From positions 1,488,001 to 1,552,000 of the forward strand of contig JAUFOQ010000005.1 of the NCBI GenBank assembly GCA_040285855.1: a stretch of 64,000 nt of DNA, read 5' to 3'. The notes beneath the pieces were generated by a model. It was not told the origin of the DNA and made no database searches. It worked only from the letters and a program-made list of their open reading frames with translations. The position numbers and the translations under genes were made by a program. Position 1 is the stretch's first letter; each line of letters begins with the position of its first letter. The DNA comes from Eukaryota sp. GEM-RC1 (taxonomy: Eukaryota). This document shows positions 1 through 12,760 of the stretch, piece by piece.

Positions 1-119
1 GAGAAATCAGCTTGAGACACAACATAAACAAGAATGTCGTGTGGAGACTCTCCCACTGGAGAGTAAAATGTCGTGTGGTGTATATAGTCTATCCCGAAAG
101 ACCACACTTTGATCTATCA

Positions 120-1973
120 ATGGTCACCCCTCGCCCTGATTCTTTGTTGCAAAGGAGTCGTTCAATTTCTCCCGTTACCTCGTCTGTGATGTCTAACTCT
201 GACGAACTGTCTGTATTGTCTTCAACCACACATCCTCCCTCTAAACGTGTCCATGTTCAGCAGTCTTTGTTGATTCTGATACATCTACACTTGCTGAGAC
301 GTCTTCTCAACCGTACTCTTAAAAATAATCATGATCGAACTAATCCTCAACTGACTGCTTTGAAAACAGCATTACCTGCATTCTTTGGACAAGTTGGCTA
401 CGTAAGTAATCACTTCCTTGATTCTTCATTCCAAGCAGTTAAAGTCTATTTTCATTTACACACCTTTCATGCTGATCACAAACACTTTCCCAGACTAATT
501 TCACTTGCTTCTTTCTTTGGAGTAGATCTACAATCTGTTTTCTTGCACATTCCCGAAAGCTTAGAAATTGAGAAATTTCTAAATTATTCTGGTATAATTA
601 CAGGATTGAGAATCGAACTAAGGGAACCCTCTGATTTAGAGTTTCTAAACAATTCTTCTTCTTTATTTCCACGTCTTAAGCAGCTAGAAGTAGAAGTGCC
701 GAGACAACGCTCCTCTGTTTCTATGTTATTGATTGAAGCTTTGAACACCATTACTACAGTTACAAGTGTTGATCTAACTGGAAACTCTATTGGAGATGAA
801 GGTGCCAGAGCTTTGGCAGAGGCGTTGAAAGTTAATACTTCAGTTACAAGTATTAATCTACGGGGCAACTCTATTGGAGATGAAGGTGCCAGAGTTATGG
901 CAGATGCGTTGAAAGTGAATGCTTCATTTACAAGTGTTAATCTGAGTTACAACTCTATTGGAGATGAAGGTGCCAGAGTTATGGCAGATGCGTTGAAAGT
1001 TAATACTTCAGTTACAAGTATTGATCTGGGTGGAAACTCCATTGGAGCTGAAGGTGCCGAAGCTTTGGCAGATGCATTGAAAGTGAATGCTTCAGTTACA
1101 AGTGTTAATCTGAGTTACAACTCTATTGGAGATGAAGGTGCCAGAGTTATGGCAGATGCGTTGAAAGTTAATACTTCAGTTACAAGTGTTAATCTGAGTT
1201 ACAACTCTATTGGAGATGAAGGTGCCAGAGCTTTGGCAGAGGCGTTGAAAGTGAATTCTTCAGTTACAAGTATTGATCTGGGTGGAAACTCTATTGGAGA
1301 TGAAGGTGCCAGAGCTTTGGCAGAGGCGTTGAAAGTGAATTCTTCAGTTACAAGTATTGATCTGGGTGGAAACTCTATTGGAGATGAAGGTGCCAGAGCT
1401 TTTGCAGAGGCGTTGAAAGTCAATGATTCAGTTACCAATATTCATCTGCATGGCAACTCTATTGGAGCTGAAGGTGCCAGAGCTTTGGCAGATGCATTGA
1501 AAGTCAATACTTCAGTTACAAGTGTTAATCTGGGTGGAAACTCTATTGGAGATGAAGGTGCCAGTGCTTTGGCAGAGGCGTTGAAAGTCAATACTTCAGT
1601 TACAAGTATTAATTTAGGTAAAAACTCTATTGGAGATGAAGGTGCCAGAGCTTTGGCAGAGGCCTTGAAAGTTAATGGTTCAGTTACAAGTATTTGTCTG
1701 TGGAAAAACTCTATTGGAGATGAAGGTGCCAGAGCTTTGGCAGAGGCATTGAAAGTGAATGCTTCAGTTACAAGTGTTAATCTGCACTACAACTGTATTG
1801 GAGCTGAAGGTGCCAGAGCTTTGGCAGATGCATTGAAAGTCAATACTTCAGTTACAAGTGTTAATCTGAGTTACAACTCTATTGGAGATGAAGGTGCCAG
1901 AGCTTTGGCAGAGGCGTTGAAAGTTGATCATAGAGTTAAAATACAGGGTGTAGGTCAACTTAATAGATTGTAA
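120..1973 (+). CDS. RNI-like LRR protein, family copy 1 (conserved N-terminal domain + 14 x 28-aa repeats)
   Basis: Repeats SVTSxxLxxNSIGDEGARALAEALKVN in 84-bp units; first ATG at 120 (MVTPRP) matches the paralog start MVTPHS at 23515; the ORF track starts at a TTG. Confidence 0.9.
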   Translation: MVTPRPDSLLQRSRSISPVTSSVMSNSDELSVLSSTTHPPSKRVHVQQSLLILIHLHLLRRLLNRTLKNNHDRTNPQLTALKTALPAFFGQVGYVSNHFLDSSFQAVKVYFHLHTFHADHKHFPRLISLASFFGVDLQSVFLHIPESLEIEKFLNYSGIITGLRIELREPSDLEFLNNSSSLFPRLKQLEVEVPRQRSSVSMLLIEALNTITTVTSVDLTGNSIGDEGARALAEALKVNTSVTSINLRGNSIGDEGARVMADALKVNASFTSVNLSYNSIGDEGARVMADALKVNTSVTSIDLGGNSIGAEGAEALADALKVNASVTSVNLSYNSIGDEGARVMADALKVNTSVTSVNLSYNSIGDEGARALAEALKVNSSVTSIDLGGNSIGDEGARALAEALKVNSSVTSIDLGGNSIGDEGARAFAEALKVNDSVTNIHLHGNSIGAEGARALADALKVNTSVTSVNLGGNSIGDEGASALAEALKVNTSVTSINLGKNSIGDEGARALAEALKVNGSVTSICLWKNSIGDEGARALAEALKVNASVTSVNLHYNCIGAEGARALADALKVNTSVTSVNLSYNSIGDEGARALAEALKVDHRVKIQGVGQLNRL

Positions 1974-2738
1974 TTACTAATTAGTTTTCGATACAAATTG
2001 ATTCTCGCTGTCCTTCACTATATCTAAGTGTAGTGTATGTGAGGCATTGCATTTCTGACTGGATTTTTGATGACTTCTGTTTTCTCATAGTAAGACGAAT
2101 GTTTCTTGGTTATAGTCATTTCTTTACTTATCAATCATTTTAACTGAAGTTTTCAAATTTGATATCCGTAAAACCACATATTTCTGTTACATTAAGACGA
2201 ACCCAACAGCCAGACGAAAAAAGCCATACAATATTTTGGAAATCAGATACAATTTAAATCTATTTTCCTCATAAATTTCAAATCTTTCAAATCCTTAACT
2301 ACTAATATCATTTACTGCATCAACGCTTTTAAACGTGGTGTTGGCTAAGATGTAGATAGTTAGTTAGTTTCCTCGCTGCTGCTGACGTGGCCTGCTGACA
2401 TGGCCACCAAGTCTTAAACAATTGTTGTTAATGTGCTGTACAGATCTGCATTTCTTCACTTTCGGTCAATGTTGGCCTAGGTTGCGAAAGTACGTTATCT
2501 CAATCAATCATTAGTGATGAAGATTTTGAATTAAATTATTGATTGCTGACAGTGGAAAAATTATAGTACTTACTATTTGTTTTTAGCATTCTTTAATATT
2601 AAAAAAACTAAAATTTGATACCATTGAAACATCACCCATCACTAACAACAAAGCTTTGTCCTCATAAAAGGAACTCACCGTTAATAATGCTTAGGAGATG
2701 ATTTTGACTACATACACCGCACACAACTCTCTCTCCTC

Positions 2739-4364
2739 ATGTCCCGTTTTATCAAAATACAGCATGGACAATATCGTCCTTTAAAAGATAAAGTGGGTTT
2801 ACGTCACACAAAAAGCAAGAAGAACAATCGTCCCTTCTATTCTATTTACAGATTTCCAAGACAGAACAATAGTTGGACTATTGATGAAGAAAAATACTGT
2901 TTTCAGCACAATCATGAGCTAATAGAAGAAAGCTGATATGGCTTCATTTCGTTCAAAACAAATGGATGGTGAACTAAAGTCCTTGGTTTGTGCTATGTTG
3001 AATGCTTTGATTCCTGCTTCAGACATACTGAGCTGTATTCAGCAGAAATTTCCTGAATCATCTTTAGTGCTGAAAGATATTCATAACTTGCGAACTGAAA
3101 CTTATAAGGTGGATCCCTTTATTTGTCAAACCGTGGATGAATTAATTAAAAATTTCCATGGAAAGAATTGTTTTGTTGAAGTTAATTGGAATACCCTTAG
3201 CCACATTACTCATTTAATGTCCCTCAGTTTCTCTTTATCAGGAATACGGAACGGTGCTTCAAATGGATTGGACCTACAAGACTAACAGCCACAAATTGTC
3301 CCTTATGGCTTTTGTAGGTAGAATTTTTCACATTGGTTTTGCATTTCTAACTTCTGAATCATCTTTGGACTTCAATTGGTGCTTAAAACGATTTGAAGAA
3401 GTTACTCAATTAGTACCAGAATTATTTCTTACTGACCGAGACCTGGCACTCGTTAATGACATTCAATTTATTTTCCCAGAAGAAAATGGAACTCACCATT
3501 TGCTCTGTGTCTGGCACATATTTCAAAAGTGGTAAAGAATTGTGCAAAATATTTTAAGGGTCGCAATAAGGCACAATTTGAAGATTTTTTGGTGAGTTTA
3601 AAGCAATTGATTGGTATTAAAAGACCAGCAGAATATCCAGAAGCAGAGAGAATGTTCAAGGAAAAATTTAGTTTTGTCCCCAAGACTGTTAAATACCTGG
3701 ACGATGAGTGGCTGAAGTATATGGAAAAGTTTGTCCACTGTTTCTTTCAAGGAAAAATTAACTTAGGACAAGTTACAACATCCAGAGAATCTGGCCATCA
3801 AGCTGTGAAAAGAAGATTGAGGCTGAGTGTAGCCCCAATGAATGTTGTAATTGCCAAAGTTTCACAACACTTGAACCTCCAAATGCAAGCATTCAGAATT
3901 AATGGGGAAAGAGAGAAGAATTCTACTTGAACAGAGTTTCTCTCAAGTGAGTGGAAAGAGTTATTCCAACAAGTAAACAGAAAGATTTCAGGCAACGTAC
4001 TGAGGAAAGTACTTGCAGTTGCTAAGAACTGCAAGTACTTTCATCATTACATTGAGTGAAACAATTTTATTAGACGAGTGTTTAGATGAATGTTTAAAAC
4101 ACGAAGGGCTTCCCTTGTTGCAAAGAGATTCATTCATTAATTGAAACAGGGGAATCTTTGAATCAAGAACACTTCCTTCGACAATGGTCAGGGCAAAACA
4201 ACCCACAAGAAGAAGAGACTGAGAAACTGATTATCGAAATGATTGACCAAGTTAATGGAGAAGACGAAGAGTTCAAAAGAATGTTTCTTCAACATGCAAA
4301 GTGTTTCATGGAAGAGCAAAAGGGATTATTAAAGGGACCAGAGTGTAAGCGCAAGAGGGGATAA
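2739..4364 (+). mobile_element. Degenerate Mutator/MULE (FAR1-like) transposase
   Basis: Frameshifted ORFs with MULE motifs MDWTYKTN, IGFAFLTSES, FLTDRDLAL, HLLCVWHI. Confidence 0.85.
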
Positions 4365-4542
4365 GATTTCTTTAGTTAATAACTCAATATGTTTTTGATA
4401 TGGAATAGGGAAGAATGATGCAAGAGAAATCAGCTTGAGACACAACATAAACAAGAATGTCGTGTGGAGACTCTCCCACTGGAGAGTAAAATGTCGTGTG
4501 GTGTATATAGTCTATCCCGAAAGACCACACTTTGATCTATCA

Positions 4543-6396
4543 ATGGTCACCCCTCGCCCTGATTCTTTGTTGCAAAGGAGTCGTTCAATTTCTCCCGTTA
4601 CCTCGTCTGTGATGTCTAACTCTGACGAACTGTCTGTATTGTCTTCAACCACACATCCTCCCTCTAAACGTGTCCATGTTCAGCAGTCTTTGTTGATTCT
4701 GATACATCTACACTTGCTGAGACGTCTTCTCAACCGTACTCTTAAAAATAATCATGATCGAACTAATCCTCAACTGACTGCTTTGAAAACAGCATTACCT
4801 GCATTCTTTGGACAAGTTGGCTACGTAAGTAATCACTTCCTTGATTCTTCATTCCAAGCAGTTAAAGTCTATTTTCATTTACACACCTTTCATGCTGATC
4901 ACAAACACTTTCCCAGACTAATTTCACTTGCTTCTTTCTTTGGAGTAGATCTACAATCTGTTTTCTTGCACATTCCCGAAAGCTTAGAAATTGAGAAATT
5001 TCTAAATTATTCTGGTATAATTACAGGATTGAGAATCGAACTAAGGGAACCCTCTGATTTAGAGTTTCTAAACAATTCTTCTTCTTTATTTCCACGTCTT
5101 AAGCAGCTAGAAGTAGAAGTGCCGAGACAACGCTCCTCTGTTTCTATGTTATTGATTGAAGCTTTGAACACCATTACTACAGTTACAAGTGTTGATCTAA
5201 CTGGAAACTCTATTGGAGATGAAGGTGCCAGAGCTTTGGCAGAGGCGTTGAAAGTTAATACTTCAGTTACAAGTATTAATCTACGGGGCAACTCTATTGG
5301 AGATGAAGGTGCCAGAGTTATGGCAGATGCGTTGAAAGTGAATGCTTCATTTACAAGTGTTAATCTGAGTTACAACTCTATTGGAGATGAAGGTGCCAGA
5401 GTTATGGCAGATGCGTTGAAAGTTAATACTTCAGTTACAAGTATTGATCTGGGTGGAAACTCCATTGGAGCTGAAGGTGCCGAAGCTTTGGCAGATGCAT
5501 TGAAAGTGAATGCTTCAGTTACAAGTGTTAATCTGAGTTACAACTCTATTGGAGATGAAGGTGCCAGAGTTATGGCAGATGCGTTGAAAGTTAATACTTC
5601 AGTTACAAGTGTTAATCTGAGTTACAACTCTATTGGAGATGAAGGTGCTAGAGCTTTGGCAGAGGCGTTGAAAGTGAATTCTTCAGTTACAAGTATTGAT
5701 CTGGGTGGAAACTCTATTGGAGATGAAGGTGCCAGAGCTTTTGCAGAGGCGTTGAAAGTCAATGATTCAGTTACAAGTATTGATCTGGGTGGAAACTCTA
5801 TTGGAGATGAAGGTGCCAGAGCTTTTGCAGAGGCGTTGAAAGTCAATGATTCAGTTACCAATATTCATCTGCATGGCAACTCTATTGGAGCTGAAGGTGC
5901 CAGAGCTTTGGCAGATGCATTGAAAGTCAATACTTCAGTTACAAGTGTTAATCTGGGTGGAAACTCTATTGGAGATGAAGGTGCCAGTGCTTTGGCAGAG
6001 GCGTTGAAAGTCAATACTTCAGTTACAAGTATTAATTTAGGTAAAAACTCTATTGGAGATGAAGGTGCCAGAGCTTTGGCAGAGGCCTTGAAAGTTAATG
6101 GTTCAGTTACAAGTATTTGTCTGTGGAAAAACTCTATTGGAGATGAAGGTGCCAGAGCTTTGGCAGAGGCATTGAAAGTGAATGCTTCAGTTACAAGTGT
6201 TAATCTGCACTACAACTGTATTGGAGCTGAAGGTGCCAGAGCTTTGGCAGATGCATTGAAAGTCAATACTTCAGTTACAAGTGTTAATCTGAGTTACAAC
6301 TCTATTGGAGATGAAGGTGCCAGAGCTTTGGCAGAGGCGTTGAAAGTTGATCATAGAGTTAAAATACAGGGTGTAGGTCAACTTAATAGATTGTAA
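4543..6396 (+). CDS. RNI-like LRR protein, family copy 2 (14 repeats)
   Basis: Tandem duplicate of 120-1973; protein differs only in one module (ALAE..NSS vs AFAE..NDS). Confidence 0.9.
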   Translation: MVTPRPDSLLQRSRSISPVTSSVMSNSDELSVLSSTTHPPSKRVHVQQSLLILIHLHLLRRLLNRTLKNNHDRTNPQLTALKTALPAFFGQVGYVSNHFLDSSFQAVKVYFHLHTFHADHKHFPRLISLASFFGVDLQSVFLHIPESLEIEKFLNYSGIITGLRIELREPSDLEFLNNSSSLFPRLKQLEVEVPRQRSSVSMLLIEALNTITTVTSVDLTGNSIGDEGARALAEALKVNTSVTSINLRGNSIGDEGARVMADALKVNASFTSVNLSYNSIGDEGARVMADALKVNTSVTSIDLGGNSIGAEGAEALADALKVNASVTSVNLSYNSIGDEGARVMADALKVNTSVTSVNLSYNSIGDEGARALAEALKVNSSVTSIDLGGNSIGDEGARAFAEALKVNDSVTSIDLGGNSIGDEGARAFAEALKVNDSVTNIHLHGNSIGAEGARALADALKVNTSVTSVNLGGNSIGDEGASALAEALKVNTSVTSINLGKNSIGDEGARALAEALKVNGSVTSICLWKNSIGDEGARALAEALKVNASVTSVNLHYNCIGAEGARALADALKVNTSVTSVNLSYNSIGDEGARALAEALKVDHRVKIQGVGQLNRL

Positions 6397-7329
6397 TTAC
6401 TAATTAGTTTTCGATACAAATTGATTCTCGCTGTCCTTCACTATATCTAAGTGTAGTGTATGTGAGGCATTGCATTTCTGACTGGATTTTTGATGACTTC
6501 TGTTTTCTCATAGTAAGACGAATGTTTCTTGGTTATAGTCATTTCTTTACTTATCAATCATTTTAACTGAAGTTTTCAAATTTGATATCCGTAAAACCAC
6601 ATATTTCTGTTACATTAAGACGAACCCAACAGCCAGACGAAAAAAGCCATACAATATTTTGGAAATCAGATACAATTTAAATCTATTTTCCTCATAAATT
6701 TCAAATCTTTCAAATCCTTAACTACTAATATCATTTACTGCATCAACGCTTTTAAACGTGGTGTTGGCTAAGATGTAGATAGTTAGTTAGTTTCCTCGCT
6801 GCTGCTGACGTGGCCTGCTGACTTGGCCACCAAGTCTTACACAATTGTTGTTAATGTGCTGTACAGTTCTGCATTTCTTCACTTTCGATCAATGTTGGCC
6901 TTGGTTGCGAAAGTACGTTATCTCAATCAATCATTAGTGATGAAGATTTTGAATTAAATTATTGATTGCTGACAGTGGAAAAATTATAGTACTTACTATT
7001 TGTTTTTAGCATTCTTTAATATTAAAAAAATTAAAATTTGATACCATTGAAACATCACCCATCACTAACAACAAAACTTTGTCCTCATAAAAGGAACTCA
7101 CTGCTAATAAAGCTTTGAAGATGATTGGGTGAATTGTTTTAAAAACAGCAAAAACGATCCGTTTCAACCAGAACATATGATCAAAACGTTTGTTCATGCT
7201 ATTTTTAACGATTTTTCCGAAATCGTTTATACAATTCAATGTACTTTTTCCTAAACGTCCATAAATTGGAAACAACAAAAGGGCATAATTCGTTTTCAAC
7301 ATTTTTTACATGCTTGGTATGATCAGAAG

Positions 7330-8140
7330 CAGGGATGTTAAAAAATATATTTGTATTTTATTTATTGTCAGCAGCTGGATCAACAATATATGTATTGTCT
7401 CAAATCGCAATATGCAATAATAGTGCAATATATTGCAATATTGTTACAATATATTTTCATGCCAAATTGTTGTGTTTTCATTTGCAAATATCGAACTTTC
7501 TTCATTTCAATTCGCACAGTACTGTCTCAATTTTGTAACCAAGGATACAAACAGTTGATCATACCATCATGGAACAAAATGGCTAAAGAAATTTTAGTTG
7601 TTCCTTTTTTCTTGATGACTATCAAACCAAAACTTGTTGTTGAACATTACTTTCGGCTACTTGATCCACAACCTGTTCGCCCTGCTTCTGCTCATGGAAC
7701 AGAACCTTTGGGATGTGTTGAATGCAAGAAACAGAACATCCCCTCAATTAGGGTTGAGCTTGGCGGAACAATTGGATAATGTATCCAAAAAGTCAAGAAA
7801 CATCATCTGACTATATGGACCTCACTTTTATTCCTGGGACTTCAAATGAAGTTGAAAGATTGTTCAGTCGAGCAAAGCTTACTACTGGAAGATGGGGATG
7901 GAATAGATGAAGAGTAGATTATACTACGATAGCAATTTTTCAGTGATTGATCATAAACCCGGTTTTTCTACATTATACCAGTACTAAAGTTGCAGCAGAT
8001 AATATTGCCAATAAATATATTTATTTATTGTGATGCCTGACAATATCAATATATTTATTGCAAGCCCACACAATATCAATATATTTATTGCAAGCCCACA
8101 CAATAATTTAGTTATTTAAATATATTTTTTAACGTCCCTG
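7330..8140 (+). mobile_element. Non-autonomous hAT element
   Basis: TIRs CAGGGATGTTAAAAAATATATT / AATATATTTTTTAACGTCCCTG; perfect 8-bp TSD ATCAGAAG; internal hAT dimerisation remnant FIPGTSNEVERLFSRAKL (~7826-7880). Confidence 0.92.
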
Positions 8141-8979
8141 ATCAGAAGTATCTTGTTCTGTTTATTTCTAAAGATTTTAACAGTGGTTCAAGAAATGATT
8201 CAGATGAGTAGGAGATATACATAGCATACATTTGGTCACTTACAGCATCCTGCATACAAGATCGATGAGTAATGTATCGATTAGAACTTAACAAGTGGCA
8301 AAAAGTCAATTGTTTTCAACAGCTACATTGAAGATCATTCACCAAATTGTATTTTCCTAAATAGCAATAAAGTGGCTTCGTAGTGGCCCATTGATGATCA
8401 TTTAATAGTAATCCATACATTTGTGGAATTTGATTCTTGAATACCACTGCAGAACTCTCATTTAAATCGAAAACAAAATTGGCGAAAACCGTAATTATTT
8501 TCTCAGATGAGCTGAGATGAACTGTAAAATCTTTCAATTTTAAATACTTTGATGAATGATTTTGTAGCTTCTGTGATGCAAATTTAAAAGACAATATGTT
8601 TCCTCCTGGAATGTTTTTGATCTTAACAGAAATTCAAGATACAATCTAGAATTCAGCTTAATACATATACAAACATCAGTACTTAGTCTCATTGCAATCT
8701 TAGTCTCACTACAGAAATGCTGAAGTTCGACTAATTATGTCATGAAATCTCAAATGTACGTATGTACATTTTATATTTCTCTATTCAGTGTAGTTATCAA
8801 CTTATCATCCTAAAGAAGTGTGTTCACATCAATGCTAAATATACAAACTTTTTCTTCATAACAAGCACATTCACACTAGTAATAAACAACCGTTTGGATC
8901 ACTATTGATGTGCAAGCAAACACTTTGATGCCATTTTTTCCAGTATTTATCTGACTCCAAGGGCACAATATCATCTGAC

Positions 8980-9460
8980 CATATTAATTGCTTTTGCCTG
9001 CTTTGATTTATCAAACTCGACTTACAGTGTCCAAAAACACCTTCCCACAGGGAATAATAGAGTTCAACAAGAAATCTAATGATACAAATGTGTAGTACGT
9101 AACAAATAATTTATAATAAAGAATGAACCGTAATCTGATTGAGAAAATAGTCTTTTGTGGGTCTACATTGTACAATATCCCACGAACAAAACTGTGTGTC
9201 CTTCAAATTTGGCTCCTGTCAATGTACTGACGAACATTGTTGACGAAACACATGATCTTTGGAATGAAGTTGACGTCCAGAAACACATCGACACTTGTAT
9301 TGGTGAACAGGGCCTCGTTTAGAGGATGTGGTTGTAAGAGGATAGACAATTCCTGTTTTAAATGAGTTTTACGAATACAAAGTTGCAGCTAAAGAAACTT
9401 CTGGACCAAATATTTTTGAGGACATAATTAGTCTCACTGCAAAACTAGTCTCAGTGAGAT
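8980..9460. repeat. Dispersed degenerate repeat (probable TE relic), homologous to 42826-42940 + 43880-44080
   Basis: Shared blocks such as CTTTTGCCTGCTTTGAT..TCAAACTCG.CTTACAGTGT and CTGTTTTAAATGAGTTTTA.GAATAC, and a terminal TAGTCTCACT motif. Confidence 0.65.
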
Positions 9461-9759
9461 TTATTTATGGTATATTGCAATAGATACAATGTCAATAGTG
9501 ACATGTGAATTATTTCATTATTGCAAAATGATATTGTTGAGATATAGATTCAGTAAGTAACATAATATGTGTTACCACTGCTTATGTCCCAACACTGAAC
9601 TTAAGCAGCTTCAACGAAACAAGAATTGATCTAACTACTATCCACAGTTCTATGTAGGTTTTAGACAGAATTACTTAACCGACGGCTCACTAAATTTGAG
9701 TTCCATTTGAAGACATTGAAGATGACAAAAGACAAAAATAGAAGTCGATTTTTCTTCGA

Positions 9760-10877
9760 ATGGCCTCTATTTATCAAGGATTGGCCAATGCTAACACAGT
9801 AGAGCCGCTTCTGAACTGTCTGGAGGATTCTGAGGATAACGGGCGTCCTATAACTTCGATAAAGCTCTCATCTACCACAATCTCTTCTCTGTCCAGAACT
9901 CCATTATCTGACACTCATATATCTCCCATTGTTGAGCTTGTACTTACATACAAACCCCTTCTCGCTTCATTGTCTCTGCTTGATCTAGCATACAACAACA
10001 TCACATCCACATCTCTTCCTGAGTTAGCGAATCTTCTATCATCTTCCTCGATATCTACTCTAATCCTCTCTTCCAATCTAATCACTGATTCTTGGTCACC
10101 ACTGTTCTCTTCACTCCCATCTTCCAATCTCTCTACTCTCAACCTTTCTAACAACATCATCCCCTCAACTGATGCTTCTCTCTTGGCCACCGTTCACCCC
10201 AATACCCGTTTAACCTCTCTCAACCTTTCCAATACTGGTCTCTCTGATCCTGATCTTTTGACCTTTTCTTTTACTTGTCTAATGCTAATAAGATTCAAGA
10301 ACTCCTATTGGATTCCCCGGATTCCTTTTCAATGGATTCAGTGTTGCATCAACTCGCGGTGTTTCTAAAGTCTAACACGTGTCTGGAAAACTTTTCAGTG
10401 TCAAAACTTCATTTTATTGATTTGACGCTGTCTATTGTATTGTTTCCTGCGTTTGAATATTCAACAGAATTGAAAATTTTAAATTTGTCAAAAATTACGC
10501 TCGGAGTGGATTCGATTCGTGTGTTGTCCAATTTACTTGCAAATCATGTTACTTCTTTGGAGAGCTTGTCTCTAGCTTCATGTGGTCTTACGGACTCTTG
10601 TGGACTTATTCTAGCAGAAGGTTTATTCGAAAATGAAAATTTAAAATATTTGGACCTTACTCGTAATTCTCTTCATTCAACTGGATTGATTGCTATTGGT
10701 GAATCTTTGAAATTTCATGCTCAAAATTTTAAATTTGAGCTTCTTGTTCAGGGAAATTTGCTTTCAGAGGAATTTGCTCAGTTTTTTTCTCGTTTTGTGG
10801 ATAAGTCGCTGTTAGATATGGATATTGGTTTTAGAAAACATATGGATTCGTCTATAATTGAATTTTTTCACATCTAG
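9760..10877 (+). CDS. RNI-like LRR protein unrelated to the 84-bp family (one apparent frameshift near 10270)
   Basis: LxxLDLAYNNI, LNLSNTGL, LSLASCGL, LDLTRNSL motifs over two overlapping ORFs; junction at a T run. Confidence 0.75.
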
Positions 10878-12389
10878 GTTATCTTTGTGAAAATGATTAA
10901 AACATTTTGAATTCCACGGATTTTTGTATTATGTATTATTTTTCTTTGATTTTTCTCATCGCTCTTGGAAAATTTCTATTGTGCCAAGTTTAAAATTTCA
11001 ATCATTTTGAACACTAACCGGAGGTGATCTAAGTTTTGGAATTTACATTGTCATATTCGTCAGTCTTTTGATTTTAGCAAAGATTTAAAAAATTGGCCAC
11101 ATCATCTTCTTAAACAGTCAAAATTTTGTTCATTCAATTTGTATATTTTGTGTTTTCAAATCAAATTCATTGTGAATCTCGAATAAATTTCAGACTTTGT
11201 TGATGTTGTTTTACTGTTCGAAAAAGATCTTCATAGTTGTGTGTATTTGATTAGTAGTACTATTTAAACGTCAGCTGACGTCAACATTAAGGGAAGAGTG
11301 TACTATTATAGTACACACTATGTAATAAGTACGGCATAATCAGAACGAGGTTTTCTTCTTCAACAGAACCAACACGATAAAGTTCAAAGGTAATGTACAA
11401 AGGGTACCACTTTGAGTAGTGAACAAAGGTTTCAAAGGAATGTAAGGATGATATGTAACACAACAAGGAGACACCCTTCTGTCATCACTCTCATCTTTCT
11501 TCTTTTCTTTTTGTTAGGTAAAACTGATCTTATGTGACTTGCGTAGTGTCTTTCAGTGAAAAGAAGTTACAGTAGTCATGTCCCTGTGAAGGACATCTTT
11601 AGTTTTGACAAAGAGACACTATTATCCGTAGACAACGTCAGGTTCTTGAAGAAACCAGTATATCCAAAGGTACTTGTATACAAAGACTTTACGTTTTCTT
11701 GCAGTTCTTTAAATAGAGTAGACATCTTGAAAGAGCAAGGAAAAAGCAACGCGAGTCATGATGTGTTAATAAGTCAAGAAGATTCATGAGCGTCCTGCTT
11801 GAATTTTGACCTTTATCCTTAAGAAGACTGGTAACTGGCTTTTGTGCGTTATTTTGACGTCATCAACTTCTTTATCAAGGTGTCTCTTGTAGTATGAGAA
11901 CTTTATGAACTAATATCAGGTAATGATAGTAAGATTGTGATTCTCACCACGGATGCATCCTCTAGTCACGTCAAATCGCTAGGTTTTGAGGTAATGTCTT
12001 CGAATAGAACTTCAATGCCTATTGTATCTAGGTGAATTTGCTTTTGTCATCATGGTTATCTTTCCCAACATTTTTAATGTGATTTCATTACATTCTAGTT
12101 CTACTCAGTGGAGGGAAGGAATTTCCCCACTCAGAATTTCAATAATGTATCAGTTACTGGGAAAGAATTAATTTTTTCATCAATTTCTATTTTAAAATTT
12201 ACATTTCAAGTTGAAATTTTGAACTGATCGAAGACTGAACATTCAGTATCTTTCAAACAATCCTTTATAAAATGTGTGATTCGGCAAAGGATTCCAAGTG
12301 TGTACAAAATCAGGTTGTTGCAAATGGTAGTACTTATCTTAGTTTTGTACACGTTATTGAGTTGGCATACAAAAAAATAATTGACTGTG

Positions 12390-12760
12390 TTAAAAGCAAA
12401 TCAGTGTCTGCTTTCTTTCATGTGCTTCATCGACTTTAATTGTAGCAAATTTGGAAATATTTTGATTGCTGTTCAAAAAATTGAAAGTAAAAGTGGCAGT
12501 TGGTACTTCGGTATAACAAATTGATCCTGCTTCAATATCCGTGTTTTTATGCCGTGTTTGATACCCAAGTGGATAGAGATATTGGGGATAATTTACAGTA
12601 TCTACGAATTTAGATATGTTGGCAGCTGGTAAAAATTCGGGACTGGCAAACAATTACGGACACTGATTTAATTAAACATACTGCTACACCAGACATTAAA
12701 GACTTTCCGGATCCAGTAAGTATCTATGGAATAACTTTGTTAAAAGCATCTATTTTTTCA
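12390..12760 (-). pseudogene. DEAH-box RNA helicase fragment
   Basis: Walker A LTGSGKS (~12700-12720) and motif II VDEAHER; disrupted and truncated. Confidence 0.7.

Larger units (their letters stand above)
1..7125. repeat. Tandem segmental duplication, period 4423 bp (LRR gene + downstream flank; MULE relic lies between the copies)
   Basis: 1-~2700 aligns to 4424-~7125; near-identical to about 2400/6820, then mismatches accumulate. Confidence 0.95.

Noticed and set aside
760..1930. 84-bp repeats with variable cores as a CRISPR-like array
   Set aside because: They are in-frame coding LRR modules with no unique spacers and no cas genes
11280..12000. Possible solo LTR or TE fragment
   Set aside because: No paired repeat, TSD or recognisable coding motif could be established
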